64,000 nt of DNA from Candidatus Tayloriibacteriota bacterium. GTDB taxonomy: Bacteria > Patescibacteriota > Minisyncoccia > Phycocordibacterales > CAIRYW01. Made by a program: the position numbers and the translations under genes. Positions 29,418 to 38,984 of this stretch are shown one piece after another. The stretch is from NCBI GenBank assembly GCA_029288615.1, contig JARIGV010000003.1:1068-65067 (forward strand). Direction: 5' to 3'. Below the pieces are notes generated by a model. The model did not search any database. It was not told where the DNA came from and saw only the letters and a list, made by a program, of their open reading frames with translations. Positions within the stretch are counted from its first letter, which is position 1, and the number at the start of each line of letters is the position of its first letter.

Positions 29418-29777
29418 ATGTCTGAAATTAACGATCAAACTCCGACCAGCGACCTCATTGATAGATTTGTGAGGAACATCCTCTACGATTGTCATTCAGT
29501 TGAGCGCCGTGTAAATTTCTCCGACGCAAGAAAGGAACTGCAGCGTCGTGGCAGAGTTGTACTGAAAGAAATTGCCGAATATCTCACGAAGACTTTCTCC
29601 GGGAAGGGATTTCGGGAATTTCAGGGATTGGATGAGGACCTCTTCTTGGCCTGGGGCTACCTCCTCTTTGGCATCGCAAGAGACCACAATCTACAGAATC
29701 CTTATCCGAATGTAGTTTTTGGCGATCAGAACATGGGTACGTGGACCCAATTCTGCCTTAGCAACGCAGAAAATTAA
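29418..29777 (+). CDS. Orphan hypothetical protein, inverted relative to its neighbours
   Basis: 119-aa ORF with its own promoter and hairpin. Confidence 0.6.
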   Translation: MSEINDQTPTSDLIDRFVRNILYDCHSVERRVNFSDARKELQRRGRVVLKEIAEYLTKTFSGKGFREFQGLDEDLFLAWGYLLFGIARDHNLQNPYPNVVFGDQNMGTWTQFCLSNAEN

Positions 29778-29807
29778 TCGCTCATAATGAGCGAATTTTT
29801 TATTTTT
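29775..29807 (+). terminator. Short hairpin with AT tail (recurrent type)
   Basis: TAA-TCGCTCA-TAA-TGAGCGA-ATTTTTTATTTTT. Confidence 0.7.
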
Positions 29808-29812
29808 GAAAA

Positions 29813-30148
29813 CTAGATTCTTCCAGCGTCATCAACAGGCCGTTTTGGATACTCAGGAATTCCCTCTGCGGCACGAGAAAGCATTGCTTTGTGACTGTCG
29901 AGCTCGGCGCGAAGTGCGTCATTATCTTTCATCAAATTTTTCTTTATTCGATAGTTTTTGAAAACTTCCGGAAGTGACACAAGAATACTAATAAGTACAC
30001 CAGAGACCATTGAGAGAAGAAGGATGAGCGCGAGAGAGCCTTCTACATGCCATGTTATAAATGTAACTGTGATATCGCTAGTATTCTGAAGAGCAAAAAC
30101 GACACTAACTGCACCTAAAAGAAGGCCGAGGACAAGAAATGTGAGCAT
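29813..30148 (-). CDS. LapA (DUF1049) family protein
   Basis: VFALQN...V.F..W...SLAL.LL. Confidence 0.85.
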   Translation of the reverse strand: MLTFLVLGLLLGAVSVVFALQNTSDITVTFITWHVEGSLALILLLSMVSGVLISILVSLPEVFKNYRIKKNLMKDNDALRAELDSHKAMLSRAAEGIPEYPKRPVDDAGRI

Positions 30149-30153
30149 TTGTA

Positions 30154-30495
30154 TTAATTATTAGACTCTTTTCGGTGTAAACCAAAAAGAGCATTGATAA
30201 AGAAAAGAAGAATCGAGAACAAAAGAGCGTTCCAAAATCCCGACACAGAAAACCCTGGCACAATCATCGCGAGAAGTTCAACGATGAGTGCGTTCACAAC
30301 AAGTGAGAAAAGGCCGAGTGTCAAAATATTGAGCGGAAGCGTCAACAAGAATATGAGCGGCTTTATGAAGGCATTCACAAGCCCAAGAACCACAGCAAGC
30401 ACAAGTGCGCCGATAATTGTCACCGAAACTCCCGGTATCAAATACGCTGCGACTCCGATAGCTATAGCACTTACGATCCAATGCTCGATTTTCAT
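30154..30495 (-). CDS. 4-TM holin-superfamily (YvlD-like) membrane protein
   Basis: LGLVNAFIKP...LTLP..ILTLGLFSLVVNA. Confidence 0.9.
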   Translation of the reverse strand: MKIEHWIVSAIAIGVAAYLIPGVSVTIIGALVLAVVLGLVNAFIKPLIFLLTLPLNILTLGLFSLVVNALIVELLAMIVPGFSVSGFWNALLFSILLFFINALFGLHRKESNN

Positions 30496-30548
30496 AATAC
30501 ATGTATAATATCACATACATATAGTGGCAAAATAAAGATATAAACAGT

Positions 30549-31148
30549 ATGAACGCTCTCGTCCTCATCATTCAAAAATACCGATATCTTGCCCTCTTCC
30601 CACTCGCAGCTTTCGAAGGCCCAATTATTTCTTTGGTCGTGGGTTTTCTTATTCATTCTGGATATCTCGCAATTCTTCCTTCATATGCAATGCTCGTTTT
30701 GGGCGATATCATTCCCGATACTATCTATTATTATGTCGGCCGCTTCGGTGAAGAAAAAAATCTTATTTCAAAATACGCATCCAAAGAAGGTTTTATCGCG
30801 AACAACTTTCCACTTGTAGAAAAACTCTGGGAAAAACATGGATTTAAAACAATGTTTCTTTCAAAGATTGCATACGGCCTCTCAACAATTTTCCTCGTAA
30901 GCGCAGGCCTTGTAAAAATGCCGCTTAAAAGATTTCTTACATACACAATCCCGATCACACTTTTTCAATACGGCGTTATCATGACCATTGGATATTACCT
31001 CGGCCAGTCTTACGAAGCAGCTTCAAAATATATTGAGTACACAGGATATTTTGCAGCAGGTATTGTTGTAATCCTTATCGTTGTTTATATAATCCTCTCA
31101 AAATACGCCCGTAAGAAACTCATAGAGGAAGTAAAAGAAGATAAATAG
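30549..31148 (+). CDS. DedA/VTT family protein
   Basis: EGP...G, GD...YY.GRFG, AG...M...F. Confidence 0.85.
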   Translation: MNALVLIIQKYRYLALFPLAAFEGPIISLVVGFLIHSGYLAILPSYAMLVLGDIIPDTIYYYVGRFGEEKNLISKYASKEGFIANNFPLVEKLWEKHGFKTMFLSKIAYGLSTIFLVSAGLVKMPLKRFLTYTIPITLFQYGVIMTIGYYLGQSYEAASKYIEYTGYFAAGIVVILIVVYIILSKYARKKLIEEVKEDK

Positions 31149-31152
31149 CCGC

Positions 31153-32334
31153 ATGAAAATAGCATATTTTTCCGACAATTTTTATCCAGAACTTTCAGGA
31201 ATTTCCGATTCAATTATCACAACGGGTATAGAGCTTTCAAAACGCGGACACGAGATACATTTTTTTGCACCTTCCTACAGCGAAAAAAATTATCACTCTT
31301 CAGGACTTTCAGATCAGAGCGAACCACACCTCGGTGAAAATATTTTTATTCATCGTCTTCCTTCAATTCCCTTTCCAGCACCCACAGGCGCAGGCCGCCT
31401 CGCTATACCAGATATTTTTCGAGGATTTGATGTAGAGAAATTTGATATCGTTCATAGTCAAAGCATTTTTGGATGCGGCCTTGATGCACTTATCACATCT
31501 AAAATTTCAAAGACTCCTTTCGTTGGTACAAATCACACACTCATTGAAGCATTTGTTCCAAAATACACCATCGTTCAAAACACGATGCGAAGTTTTGAGA
31601 CATGGTATTACAATCACACAAACTTCGTCACGACACCTTCAGAATTTCTCATAGAAGAAATGCAAAAAAATGGACTTATCGTGAAAGCGAAACCTCTTTC
31701 AAACCCTATCGCTTCTGAATTCTTTCACGCACCCGCTTCAAAAGAAGATCTCAAGAAAAAACTTGGACTTCGCAAGTTTTCCATTCTCTACGCCGGTCGC
31801 ATTTCGCCTGAGAAAAACATCATGGATCTTTTTAATGCTTTTGTGATTTTTGCAAAAGAAAATACTGAAGCTGAACTCATTCTCGCAGGAAACGGAATAC
31901 TACTTCCCTCACTTAAACAAAAAACAAAAGAATTAGGGCTCGAAAATAAAATTCGATTTACCGGACTTTTCCAAGGGGAGAATAAAAAAACTCTCTATGA
32001 ATATTTTCACGCTTCTGATGTCTTTGTCATGCCCTCAACCTCCGAAACGCAAAGCATGGGAGTAATTCAAGCTATGGCTTCAGCCCTCCCTGTCATAGTT
32101 GCAAACTCAGGCCCGCTCCCTACCCTTGTCGCCGAAGATCGTGGCCTTGTATGTGAACCAAATAATCCAGCCAGTCTCGCAGTGACACTCAAAAATATAT
32201 CTGAAGATAAAACACTTCAAGAAAAATTCTCGGTGAATGGCAAAAAATATGCAGAAGAATATTCTGTTTCCAAAATCGCAGATGAATGGGAAAAAATTTA
32301 TAAGGAAACAATAGAAAAATATGCACGAGCCTAA
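31153..32334 (+). CDS. GT4 glycosyltransferase (diacylglycerol glycosyltransferase-like)
   Basis: SDNFYPELSG, TNHT, GRISPEKN, PSTSETQSM..IQAMAS. Confidence 0.9.
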   Translation: MKIAYFSDNFYPELSGISDSIITTGIELSKRGHEIHFFAPSYSEKNYHSSGLSDQSEPHLGENIFIHRLPSIPFPAPTGAGRLAIPDIFRGFDVEKFDIVHSQSIFGCGLDALITSKISKTPFVGTNHTLIEAFVPKYTIVQNTMRSFETWYYNHTNFVTTPSEFLIEEMQKNGLIVKAKPLSNPIASEFFHAPASKEDLKKKLGLRKFSILYAGRISPEKNIMDLFNAFVIFAKENTEAELILAGNGILLPSLKQKTKELGLENKIRFTGLFQGENKKTLYEYFHASDVFVMPSTSETQSMGVIQAMASALPVIVANSGPLPTLVAEDRGLVCEPNNPASLAVTLKNISEDKTLQEKFSVNGKKYAEEYSVSKIADEWEKIYKETIEKYARA

Positions 32335-33043
32335 GATAAGTCTTATCATCTGCGCTTACAACGAAGAGAAATATATTGGAAGCTGTTTGGAGCATGTTCA
32401 AAAAAACGCTCATGATAATTTTTTTGAAATAATCGTTGTTGATAATGCATCAACAGATACAACAAAAGAAATCGCTTCAAGGTTTCATAATGTACGAGTA
32501 GTGGAAGAAATACAAAAGGGTCTTACAAGAGCACGCCAACGTGGTTTTCTTGAAGCAAAAGGAGATGTTTTGGCATATATTGATGCAGATACACAAATGC
32601 CTACTGGCTGGTACGAGAGAGTTTCATATGAATTTAAAGAAAATCCTAAACTTGCTGCTCTTTCAGGCCCTGCACTCTACTACGATATTCCTGCATGGCA
32701 GAGATTCCTTGTTTTGGTTTACTGGTATCTTTTTGGAATGCCTGTCTATTTTGTCGTTGGTTTTATGATCATGGGCTCGAATTTTGCCATTCGAAAAGAT
32801 GTACTACAAAAGATGAATGGTTTTGATACAAAAATTGAATTTTATGGAGAAGATACAAACGTCGCGAGACGTGCGAGCAAATTTGGTAAAGTAAAATTCA
32901 CACCAAAACTTAAAATGTACTTTTCTGGTCGCAGACTTCACAATCAAGGACTCTTAAATACCGGCTACGAATATGTAAAAAATTTCCTCTCCGAAGCATT
33001 TCTTAAAAAACCTGTGACTACACATTATAAAGATTTCAGATAG
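32321..33043 (+). CDS. GT2 glycosyltransferase
   Basis: ICAYNEE, VDNASTD, IDAD, GED. Confidence 0.9.
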   Translation: MHEPKISLIICAYNEEKYIGSCLEHVQKNAHDNFFEIIVVDNASTDTTKEIASRFHNVRVVEEIQKGLTRARQRGFLEAKGDVLAYIDADTQMPTGWYERVSYEFKENPKLAALSGPALYYDIPAWQRFLVLVYWYLFGMPVYFVVGFMIMGSNFAIRKDVLQKMNGFDTKIEFYGEDTNVARRASKFGKVKFTPKLKMYFSGRRLHNQGLLNTGYEYVKNFLSEAFLKKPVTTHYKDFR

Positions 33044-33052
33044 AATAATGTT

Positions 33053-33706
33053 ATGAAATCCGCGGCCATTAGATGCAAAGACTGCTTCAGCAATAAGAGA
33101 TTTTTGATCTCGTTTATTTCGGGCATTGTCATGCTTGTTGTAAGCTGCGTCATCAACTATTACGCTGGCACATACGCAGCCGAGAGAGCAAGTAACTACG
33201 TCAACGACATAGTTCTCTCCAATATTCCTGTCTTTGATGTTGATGCGGTTTTTGTATTCGGCCCATTTGTACTGTGGCTTATTGTTGCAGTGCTCTGTCT
33301 TCACGAACCTAAACGCATTCCATTCGTTCTCAAAAGCATCGCACTCTTTGTGGTCATTCGTTCGATCTTTATCACCCTCACTCATATTGGACCATTTCCA
33401 GACCACGACATTCTTGATCGAGGACAAACTCTGGTAAAAGATTTTACATTTGGAGCGGATCTTTTCTTTTCAGCTCACACAGGACTTCCTTACCTTATGG
33501 CTCTTGTATTTTGGGACAACACATTTCTCCGCCGATTTTTCACCATAACCGCAGTCTTCTTTGGTGTCATAGTTCTCATGGGACATCTTCACTACACAAT
33601 TGATGTTCTCTCAGCGTTCTTTATTACATACACAATTTACCACCTCGCGACGATCTTCTTCAAAAAAGACAAAACCCTCTTTGATGAGGGCTTGCCGCTT
33701 CCTTAA
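33053..33706 (+). CDS. Sphingomyelin-synthase-like PAP2 family membrane protein
   Basis: DLFFSAHT and HYTIDV motifs, 6 TM. Confidence 0.8.
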   Translation: MKSAAIRCKDCFSNKRFLISFISGIVMLVVSCVINYYAGTYAAERASNYVNDIVLSNIPVFDVDAVFVFGPFVLWLIVAVLCLHEPKRIPFVLKSIALFVVIRSIFITLTHIGPFPDHDILDRGQTLVKDFTFGADLFFSAHTGLPYLMALVFWDNTFLRRFFTITAVFFGVIVLMGHLHYTIDVLSAFFITYTIYHLATIFFKKDKTLFDEGLPLP

Positions 33707-33708
33707 AT

Positions 33709-34104
33709 TTATTTTTTCTCTTCGAGATCAAGACAGACTGAGTTCATACAGTATCTTTTTCCTGTTTGCGTTGGTCCATCATCAAATACGTGACCTAGAT
33801 GTGATTCACAGCGAGCACAGACTACTTCTGTGCGCACCATTCCATGAGATTCATCTGTGATCTCTTTTACAGCACCGGGAAGAGCCTGGTCAAATGACGG
33901 CCAGCCAGTGCCGGAATCAAATTTTGCATCAGATGGGAAAAGTGGATTGCCACATGCTGCACATGTATACATTCCTTCTCTTTTTTCGTGGAGAAGTTTG
34001 CCTGAAAACGGCGCTTCTGTCCCTTTTTGTCGGAGCACCTGATACTGCTCTGGCGTGAGCTTACTCTTGAGCTCTTCTTCTGTTGGGATATTTTTGTCGT
34101 CCAT
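33709..34104 (-). CDS. msrB: Peptide methionine (R)-sulfoxide reductase
   Basis: [29 protein letters not shown]. Confidence 0.97.
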   Translation of the reverse strand: MDDKNIPTEEELKSKLTPEQYQVLRQKGTEAPFSGKLLHEKREGMYTCAACGNPLFPSDAKFDSGTGWPSFDQALPGAVKEITDESHGMVRTEVVCARCESHLGHVFDDGPTQTGKRYCMNSVCLDLEEKK

Positions 34105-34119
34105 ATTTTTGCTATTAAT

Positions 34120-34653
34120 TTATAAAGTATTTAGTAAATTCGCGAAATTCTTTTGTACTTTTTCAAGCTTCGGATTTATTACGACCTCGCAATACGGATT
34201 CCCTGGATGGGTTGCGAAATAATCATGATGATAATTTTCCGCTTCATAGAATTTCTCAAATGGCACCACCTCTGTCACCACTTTTTTCCCTTCTGTACTC
34301 GATGCATTGATATCAGCAATAAATTTCTCTGTCTCACTTTTCTGCGTCTCTGTCGTGTAAAAAATCACTGATCGATACTGCGTGCCCACATCATTTCCCT
34401 GTCTGTTTAAAGTCGTTGGGTCATGACTTCCAAAAAAGACAGTCAGAAGATCTGTATATTTTACGAGCGCAGGGTCATATTCAATATACACCACCTCCGC
34501 ATGTCCTGTTGTACCTGTACACACTTCATCGTATGTCGGATTTTCTTTTGTACCTCCAGAATATCCGGGCGATACTTTCAAAACACCTTTCATCATCTTA
34601 AATACTGCCTCAGTACACCAAAAACATCCTCCTCCAAAAATTGCTTTTTCCAT
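34120..34653 (-). CDS. msrA: Peptide methionine (S)-sulfoxide reductase
   Basis: GGCFWC, GHAEV, QG.DVGTQYRS, AE.YH..Y. Confidence 0.97.
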   Translation of the reverse strand: MEKAIFGGGCFWCTEAVFKMMKGVLKVSPGYSGGTKENPTYDEVCTGTTGHAEVVYIEYDPALVKYTDLLTVFFGSHDPTTLNRQGNDVGTQYRSVIFYTTETQKSETEKFIADINASSTEGKKVVTEVVPFEKFYEAENYHHDYFATHPGNPYCEVVINPKLEKVQKNFANLLNTL

Positions 34654-34655
34654 AT

Positions 34656-35774
34656 TTATCCAAAAGTAAATGTAAATGCTTTTAATCCTGCTGGCGTTCG
34701 TATTTCGAGTACATGTTCGCCATAATCCATTCCCTTCACAATACTATAAAGTCTATTTTCTTTGATATTCACCTTTCCATTAATAACATCGTCTCCTGCA
34801 AAATTCTTATCGATTAGCTTTCCATCAAGATAAATCTGAACACTCACGCCCGTATCTGAACTCGCAACAAAATAGACGTTCTTTGCATTATATTTATACA
34901 CTATTTCGCCATCTCCTTGGCTTAAAGCGTACTCATTCTGTAGATCCCAGTGACCACCAAGATACGGAAAATTTAGCTCTGGCGATGTGTCATTTGCAAT
35001 ATATGAACCATCAACTCCTTTTTGATATTTACTTACATATTGATTTCTCTCAAGACCAAAATAAGTTTCTGGACTCGAAACTTTATCTTCATCCATTGTG
35101 ATAACGTTTTTTGGTGTAGAAATTGTAGTGTTAATCTGTGTCTTTTCACCAAGCACTTCTGCACGTTGTGTGAGAGCTTTTTGTATCGCAGCCTCGGTCT
35201 CATCATAATTCCCCTCACCAATTTGATCGTGCACCACGAAGCCATCGATATCGATAAGATACTCGCGCGGCCAATAGCTATTCTCATATGCATTCCATGT
35301 ACCATAATTGCTATCGAGCACGACTGGATATAAGATGCCATCTTTTTTTACAGCTGCTGCGACATTGTCGTAATTTTTCTCGAAATCAAATTCAGGAGTA
35401 TGCACACCGACAATTTCCAAACCTTGATCTTTATATTTCGCATACCAATTTTCAAGGTAAGGCAATGTACGAATACAATTAATACAACTATATGTCCAAA
35501 AATCGAGAAGGATTACTTTTTTTCCAATAAGACTTTTGAGAGTAAAAGGCTTTGAATTGATATATCCTTGTATATCTTGAAACTCTACTGCTCCAGGATA
35601 CTTATCTACCTTACTCGCAATACGCGCCGCTGTCTGTGAATCTGTCGGTGTGCTCGTCGTAGAAATATTTTCCCCGACAACATTATCACGCATCGGTTTT
35701 TTACTTTGGAGAAACCAAATTGCGCCAATGATCACAAGAAGAACAATAAGTAAGGTTATGTTTTTTCTATTCAT
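34656..35774 (-). CDS. Membrane-anchored thioredoxin-like protein with DipZ-type C-terminal domain
   Basis: N-terminal TM, DFWTYSCINC, VHTPEF, PETY, FTFG. Confidence 0.9.
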   Translation of the reverse strand: MNRKNITLLIVLLVIIGAIWFLQSKKPMRDNVVGENISTTSTPTDSQTAARIASKVDKYPGAVEFQDIQGYINSKPFTLKSLIGKKVILLDFWTYSCINCIRTLPYLENWYAKYKDQGLEIVGVHTPEFDFEKNYDNVAAAVKKDGILYPVVLDSNYGTWNAYENSYWPREYLIDIDGFVVHDQIGEGNYDETEAAIQKALTQRAEVLGEKTQINTTISTPKNVITMDEDKVSSPETYFGLERNQYVSKYQKGVDGSYIANDTSPELNFPYLGGHWDLQNEYALSQGDGEIVYKYNAKNVYFVASSDTGVSVQIYLDGKLIDKNFAGDDVINGKVNIKENRLYSIVKGMDYGEHVLEIRTPAGLKAFTFTFG

Positions 35775-36552
35775 TTCCTTTATTTTCTAAGTTATTTTTC
35801 GCAGCAGTTGTTGCAAGATATGAGAGAAAGCCTGGAATGATCGGCAATATGCATGGGCTTAAAAATGAACCAAGTCCTGCAACAAAAGCGATAATGATGC
35901 TAATAAAATTAAGTGATGAGATCCGTCCACCGTACGACCAGCCGAATTTAAAGTTATCAAGAAATCCAGCAACACTCTGGAAGTTTGCTATAAGTGAAAG
36001 ATTTTCCGTGAAGACAAGAATACCGATAATGATAAGAAACACTCCGAAAATATATTCAATATATACAAGCCATTTTCCAAGTTTTTGTATTAAAGCGCTC
36101 GCGCGATCAACAAAAAGTCCAACAAGAAGAAATGGAATACCAATGCCGAGTGTGTAAGAAAAAAGAAGAAGAAATGCACTTGTTGGAGCTGATGCAGCAA
36201 GAGCAAGAATGGCCCCTAGGGCCGCCGAGACACATGGTGTCCAGCCAACAGCAAAAGCTGCACCGAAAGCAAATGAAGTAACAAAGTAAGATTTGAAGCG
36301 TCTTCTGACAGCGAATTTATGGTCGCGTTCAAGAAATGCTGGTGTAAAAAGACGAAGAAGAAAAAGGCCGAAAAGAATTATGACAATTCCTCCTACCCGC
36401 GAAAGCCACATCTGTACTTCAAACGATGAATGGAGAAGCAATGTTTGAAGAAGAATGCCCAGAAGCGAGAAAACGGATGAAAATCCGAGTACAAAGAAAA
36501 GGCTTGATAAAAATACATTCCAATCTCTTTTTGTTTTAAGTGTAGTATCCAT
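35767..36552 (-). CDS. ccdA: CcdA-type transmembrane electron transporter, circularly permuted
   Basis: FVLGFS.VF and GWTPCV in the first half; AFVAGLGSFLSPCILPIIPGFLSYL at the C-terminus. Confidence 0.85.
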   Translation of the reverse strand: MDTTLKTKRDWNVFLSSLFFVLGFSSVFSLLGILLQTLLLHSSFEVQMWLSRVGGIVIILFGLFLLRLFTPAFLERDHKFAVRRRFKSYFVTSFAFGAAFAVGWTPCVSAALGAILALAASAPTSAFLLLFSYTLGIGIPFLLVGLFVDRASALIQKLGKWLVYIEYIFGVFLIIIGILVFTENLSLIANFQSVAGFLDNFKFGWSYGGRISSLNFISIIIAFVAGLGSFLSPCILPIIPGFLSYLATTAAKNNLENKGNE

Positions 36553-36572
36553 GACAGTATTATAATACCACT

Positions 36573-37229
36573 ATGAAAACTAAGTATCTCATTTATATTC
36601 TCCCTGCTCTCATTGTTATTTTCTTTATTTTCGCGTTAGCAAACAATAAACATGAAACGATGCAAAATAGCATTACCGCCACTTCAGCTCCAGAAATAAA
36701 AGGAAGTACCGCGACTACTTCAGAAGCTTCCCTTTTTGTCATGCCGATCTCCGATGCAAAAGATCGTATTACCAAAAAACATTTTGGCATAAAAGTGTCT
36801 CCAGGAAACTCTCCCGTTTCGCCCGAGCGATTTACAGGCATTCATACAGGAGTCGACTTCGAAACATTTCCAAGCGAACAAGACACTGATGTGCCCGTGG
36901 TCGCAATTTGTCCCGGAAAACTCCTCGTAGCAGAATTTGGTTCTGGTTATGGTGGAATGATGGTAGAGTCATGCACACTTAATGGCTCACCAATTACAGT
37001 CGTCTACGGACATGTACGACTTTCAAGCATTAAAGCAAAAGTTGGAGATACAATTTCCGCTGGAGAATTTTTAGCGAACCTCGGCACAGGATATTCAAAA
37101 GAAACCGATGGTGAAAGAAAGCATCTCCACCTTGGAATTCACAAAGGCGCGAGCGTTAATACAAAAGGATATGTAGCAAATTATTCAGATCTTTCCGGAT
37201 GGATCGATTTTGAAAAATATCTTAATTAA
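36573..37229 (+). CDS. M23 family metallopeptidase
   Basis: HTGVD, YGH, HLH. Confidence 0.92.
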   Translation: MKTKYLIYILPALIVIFFIFALANNKHETMQNSITATSAPEIKGSTATTSEASLFVMPISDAKDRITKKHFGIKVSPGNSPVSPERFTGIHTGVDFETFPSEQDTDVPVVAICPGKLLVAEFGSGYGGMMVESCTLNGSPITVVYGHVRLSSIKAKVGDTISAGEFLANLGTGYSKETDGERKHLHLGIHKGASVNTKGYVANYSDLSGWIDFEKYLN

Positions 37230-38305
37230 AGACCCAATCCTTTTACGACAGGCGTTGCCACTTCCCCCACTGCTGCAGCTGGTGGAGGAAGTTTCACCTC
37301 AACAGATGCATTGACTGCGCCTGAAGAATTATTCGATGTGTTATTTGATGAATTTGAAGTGTTCGATGTATTAACTGATGCGCCTGCCTGCATAGTATTT
37401 CCTACATTCACATTTGTATTTACATTTGCAGATGAATTAGTGTTTACTGATTGTCCATTTTCTACTGGGGCATTATTTACTTCAGTATGTGTTTGCACTG
37501 TTTCTCCTACTACACCATTGTTTTGCTTCACCTCATTTTTATCTTCTACATTATATGAAGCATCATGAGATGGAATCTGTGGCGAAAGTACTGCATTTAC
37601 AGCAGCAGAGGTTGTAGCACCTAAAACATCAAGACCTTTAAGCACCGCATCCACAGAAGATGCAAATGAAGGCATATTTACTGCAGCTCGAGCAGAATCG
37701 GTCATAATAACCTTAAGGTGAGTGAGGATGTCCTGATGTGCAGTGAGGTTATTTTTAAAATTTGTTGTTAGCGCGTAGCTTGTATCATCGCCTGACTGTT
37801 TCATGTTATCGATATTTTCAAGAGAAGATTTTGAATGTTCAAGGAATGACACTTGAAGCTCGTTTGAAGTCGCGGGATCCAAACGATTCTCTGCAGAAAG
37901 TGCCTCAGCTTCTTTGACTCTCTCGAGTGCTTGATCAGCTTGCACTGACGCATTTGACTGAAAGCCAACAGCAAATGCCGCTCGCACTGCTTCCCCAGCA
38001 ATTTTTACAGGATAGAGATTGTCTCCAGGAAGCGAAGACTCACTTGCTGCATATGTGCCTCCTGCACATATTATAAAAACGGCGAAAGCCAAAGCTAACG
38101 CCCGAGGATTTCTAAAAAACTTCAAAAAAGGCGAGGGAACCGCCCCTCGACTTGAATGTGAAATAATATTGTTTTTTAAATTCGTCGGAAGCGGAACTGC
38201 ATCCATTCTTTTCCGAATGGTATCTTTTATTGTATTTATTTCCACAGAAGAAAGTGACTCGCCTTTCGCTGCCTTGATAATATCTTCAAATCTATTGTTC
38301 ATCAT
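37226..38305 (-). CDS. Putative anti-sigma factor (DUF5667-type), single TM
   Basis: Overlaps the sigma gene end; SLPGDNLYPVK...E motif after the TM; N/V/S-rich tail. Confidence 0.75.
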   Translation of the reverse strand: MMNNRFEDIIKAAKGESLSSVEINTIKDTIRKRMDAVPLPTNLKNNIISHSSRGAVPSPFLKFFRNPRALALAFAVFIICAGGTYAASESSLPGDNLYPVKIAGEAVRAAFAVGFQSNASVQADQALERVKEAEALSAENRLDPATSNELQVSFLEHSKSSLENIDNMKQSGDDTSYALTTNFKNNLTAHQDILTHLKVIMTDSARAAVNMPSFASSVDAVLKGLDVLGATTSAAVNAVLSPQIPSHDASYNVEDKNEVKQNNGVVGETVQTHTEVNNAPVENGQSVNTNSSANVNTNVNVGNTMQAGASVNTSNTSNSSNNTSNNSSGAVNASVEVKLPPPAAAVGEVATPVVKGLGL

Positions 38306-38801
38306 TATTGAATAGTTTTTTTACTTTTTTGAGGCCTCTATGGTACCTCACTGCTACCGTATTCTCCGTTTCCCCTGTTATCTGCCCTATTTCTTTGAAA
38401 CTCATATCTTCCACACAACGAAGAATTATAACATCCTTGTATTCTGGTGGAAGCTTTTCCAAAAGCTTGAATGCACCTTTGGCGTCGAGTCTCTCCTCAG
38501 CAGACACTTCTTCATACGCAGGTGGGTCAAAATTCTCTTCTTCAGAAAGAGCGTCGAGTGACGAGCTCTTCTTTGATCGATAATGATCAATGATGAGATT
38601 TTTGAGAGTTTTATAAAGAAAAGCTTTAAGGTTCTTAACCTCGGAGCCTTTTGCAATGTAGTCCCAAGTCTTTGTAAAAGAGTCTTGAACCACATCTTTG
38701 GCTATTTCACGGTCGCTAATATGCGCCAAACAATATCTGAAGAGAGGCTGTACGTTCTCTTCGTAAACAGTAATGAAGTTTTGTTCGATATTGGTTTCCA
38801 T
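38292..38801 (-). CDS. ECF RNA polymerase sigma factor
   Basis: DVVQDSF.K.W, AFLYK..KN.IID.YR (region 2); LP.EYK.VI.LR, SF.EI (region 4); ATG 38801. Confidence 0.93.
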   Translation of the reverse strand: METNIEQNFITVYEENVQPLFRYCLAHISDREIAKDVVQDSFTKTWDYIAKGSEVKNLKAFLYKTLKNLIIDHYRSKKSSSLDALSEEENFDPPAYEEVSAEERLDAKGAFKLLEKLPPEYKDVIILRCVEDMSFKEIGQITGETENTVAVRYHRGLKKVKKLFNNDEQ

Positions 38802-38808
38802 GGTGTTT

Positions 38809-38834
38809 GACGGATGATCTAGTAAAACATTACA
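38809..38834 (-). promoter_or_regulatory. ECF-type promoter P1 (autoregulatory)
   Basis: TGTAAT-N16-CGTC, 7 nt before the ATG. Confidence 0.7.
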
Positions 38835-38984
38835 AAGGAAAAATTGACGAAATTTTTTGTAAAAAACGTGAATAAAATCGAAAAGGAAGGTTATAGAGTA
38901 TACCCATAGATGATGCCTTGCAACCTCCACCTGTGGATAACTTTTTATATTGGGGATAGAATAAAAAAACCTATATTTTAAGGC

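Noticed and set aside
38932..38959. DnaA box TGTGGATAA plus a degenerate copy, as a possible oriC
   Set aside because: Only one perfect box, no cluster and no dnaA/dnaN nearby; another copy at 51912 is inside a CDS.
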